A DNA stretch of 64,000 nucleotides from Minutocellus sp. GHC0000111 (Eukaryota): NCBI GenBank assembly GCA_977018835.1, contig OZ361258.1, forward strand, positions 2,852,001-2,916,000, in the 5' to 3' direction. Below the pieces are notes generated by a model. The model ran no database searches. It was not told where the DNA came from and was given only the letters and a program-made list of their open reading frames with translations. Every line of letters starts with the position of its first letter. Positions within the stretch are counted from its first letter, which is position 1. The position numbers and the translations under genes are program-made. Positions 61,362 through 64,000 of the stretch are shown in pieces.

Positions 61362-63053
61362 ATGAACCAGCAGCAGAAGCAGCCCACCCGTCGCAGCAGC
61401 CGCCGCAACTCCATTCTCCTCGACCATCTTCCCGATGCCGTCCGATCCAAGATCCTTGTGGAATTCATCAGCCAAGAGGCTCTCGACTTCTTCGGAGCAG
61501 GGGACATCAAGTCATTGGTCCGTCTTGGAGAGACGTCCAAGCAGTGGGGTCAATTTGTATACCGCGATACTCCGCAGCTGTGGGAAAAAATTGGCTGCCG
61601 AAAGATGGCATCGATGACAGACGGACAGCTGGCCGCGTTGCTCCGTCGGACCAATGCCAAGGAGAAGACGAAGGAAATCAACCTAAAAATCTGCTACAGT
61701 ATCACCGGCACCGGGTTGGAGCCGCTCAAAGGATCGACTGCTCTACGTAGCATCAATCTCAACATCGGTTCTCATAGACCGCCGAAATTGGTACAGACCG
61801 AGAAGACCACGGCCACGGCCATGGCCAGTGCCAAAGCGCGTGAAGACGCGTACTCCAAGCGGGTCGATCCCGATCTCAAGGCCATCGTGAGTTTCATCGA
61901 GACTATCCCGCCATTTTCCACAGCCAACAACAATGCACCACCGACTGTTCTCGAAATGGTAAAACTTCCGCATGTATCAAGCGGCGGGAAGAAGCGCTGG
62001 AAAGGATACAAGGAAGCTCTCGTCGGCCTACAGCGGATGTTCCGAAAGAACTTTCGTACGAGCCCCCTACCCTGCCCCAGGCCCACGTGCGACAATGCCA
62101 ATATGCATGTCTGGCTCAGCTCAAAAGAACTCAACCGGATGTTCATTACTTTCTACTGCACCAAAAGCCACCGACAGGACAATGAAGATCACGAGGACTG
62201 GGATGAGGAGGATATGGAGAAACACTACCAGGCAAATCCCGATACTGGCATCCTCGATGATTGCAGTGTCAAAACCTGCAAAAAGCAATTTGATTTTGCC
62301 GATTTTACCATTTGCAGTGAGTACGATCGCACGAATGTGAGAATGATTGGGTAGCATGAACTGCATTCGCCGTCTTTCTTGTCTCACAAACTCAATCGTT
62401 TCTGCTCCTACAATTGCATCGTGTGCTGAACTGAAGCAACTTGCTATTATTCTATTGAACCCAATACTTGCTGCTCTGACTGCCTCAAGTCAGAAAATGC
62501 TATGAAAAAATGCACCATGTGCAATGGAGCAATGTGCGCCCGCTGCGAACGCTTTGATCACTATCTTGAAGAGGACGGCGAAGGGCAGCTTATTGTAGCG
62601 AAATGCGAATCCTGCAAGGTGGTGGCTTGCGGCCTTTGCAGGGAGCAATCCAAATGCGAAGATTTCCTTTGCAACAACCATTCCCGTTGGTTCTGCTCTG
62701 ATTGCTCAGGGGTAAAAGCGTGCTCAAATTGCCAGAAGACACGTTGCGAAGAGTATTGCCTCACTTCCTGCGGATCCTGCGGTGATGTCTTCTGCAGTGG
62801 AAGCGAGTACTATGATCGCTACTGTCTCCGTGAGCTCAAGAGCTGTGTCCACTGCTTCCGCTCGTTCTGCCGTAAGGATGCGTGCACCAACGTGAGAAAG
62901 TGCAGTGTAAATGGCTGCGTCATGTCCGTCTGCGATCTTTGCGTCGCGGACGGCAAGGCCAAGAAGATGGCCAAGTGCAAGCACTGTGGCGATCGTGTGT
63001 GTGAAAGCTCTGGCTGCCGTAAGGCTCATCGCAGACGCTGCCGTGGCCGATGA
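61362..63053 (+). CDS. F-box/LRR-like N-terminus plus long Cys-rich (multi-CxxC) C-terminus
   Basis: LDHLPDAVRSKIL..SKQW and MTDGQL..INLKICYSITGTGLEPL..LRSINL. Intron 62317-62436 joins the two ORFs in frame. Confidence 0.65.
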
Positions 63054-63314
63054 GGACAGAGCAACTATTAGTGAATTTTGGTGTGCCATTGCATTTAGAA
63101 TACTCGAGAGAAGTGATTATCCATAGGAGGGGTTGGGATATTGAAGAGATTAGAAGGGAGAAGAAGCACGGTGAACGGCCAGGATATGCGAAGGATGGCT
63201 GCATTCTTTTGTAGCTCAAGAAAGAATAAATTGATATTAGAGTACATACTGTTATGCATCATCTATCATCACCTATGTATGTGAGCTTAAGTAGTTGCGT
63301 CTATCGCATCCAAA

Positions 63315-64000
63315 TTACTCCATCTGCTTCTGTCGAATTTTGTTGAGCAATCGGTGCTTCGTCTGCATCAAATCCCCGTATCGCTTCTGAGCTGCCGCCT
63401 CGTTCTTCTCCAGAACTGCAATCTCCTTCTCCAACTTCTCCGCTCGGCTGGCGATGCCTCTGCGTTCGTGCGACATGAGGAGCCTGTACACGGATTCCTC
63501 AATCTTGGCGTGCTGTGTCTCGGCAAAGGTTTGAGCAGCAGCCTCCTGAAGAGCGGCGGCGCGCTTGATGTAGCCACCGTTTTTGATGGCAATCTTTGAC
63601 TCGAGTTTGTCGGCCTTCTTCTTGGTGGCATTGGCAGCCTCTCGCAGAGCCTCGTACTCTAGTTTGAGAGAAGCAAGGTCATCGTCACCGGCGGATGTGG
63701 TCTGCCACCCTTGCTGGCCAAACTTTTGAGCCAGAGCTTCTTGCTCTGCAACTTCAGCATTCTTCGCAGCCAAAATATCCTTGATGGAGTCTTCGTTCAT
63801 GCTGACATACGGGTCACTGGAAGATCTGAGTTCGTTTGTCTTTCAACAAGAGTGGCCTCGGCCTCCCTCTCGAGTAGCGCCTTGGCTTCGTCCAGCTTCT
63901 CCTCCGGGATATAGTCAAGCGGCTGTTCGGGTGGAGGAACAACAGCAGCCTCCTCTGCCGCGGCCTTTCGCTTCTTCTTCTTCTTGGACTTTTTGCCCTC
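63315..64000 (-). CDS. CDC5L: Pre-mRNA splicing factor CDC5L/Cef1, C-terminal part (runs off window); frameshift at ~63842
   Basis: LDEAKALLERE, KKADKLESKIAIKNGGYIKRA, and IEESVYRLLMSHE..R..L..E..NEAAAQKRYGDL. Confidence 0.8.

Overview
This window is gene-dense eukaryotic nuclear DNA with short GT-AG introns and many head-to-head gene pairs; protein families and motifs suggest a diatom (inference). It holds about 20 distinct genes. These include an OTU deubiquitinase, a PTEN/C2 + tandem-WH2 protein, RPB9, a six-bromodomain protein, an aquaporin, a PDZ protein, choline/ethanolamine kinase, NudC, a DYRKP-type kinase, a FabG 3' exon, asparaginase and the CDC5L 3' end. A redox cluster comprises a thioredoxin-DUF4395 fusion, an ArsC-like protein, a Lon-N protein and a TrhO/TSTD2 rhodanese. 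A near-identical 9.2-kb tandem duplication (29667-38895 / 38895-48120) covers part of that cluster. A 3.5-kb Tc1/mariner-type element (44935-48444) has about 48-bp imperfect TIRs, TA target duplications, a broken DDD transposase and unexplained cargo ORFs. About ten single-base frameshifts, mostly at short base runs, split conserved genes, so the assembly is probably unpolished and any gene disruption here needs read-level checking.
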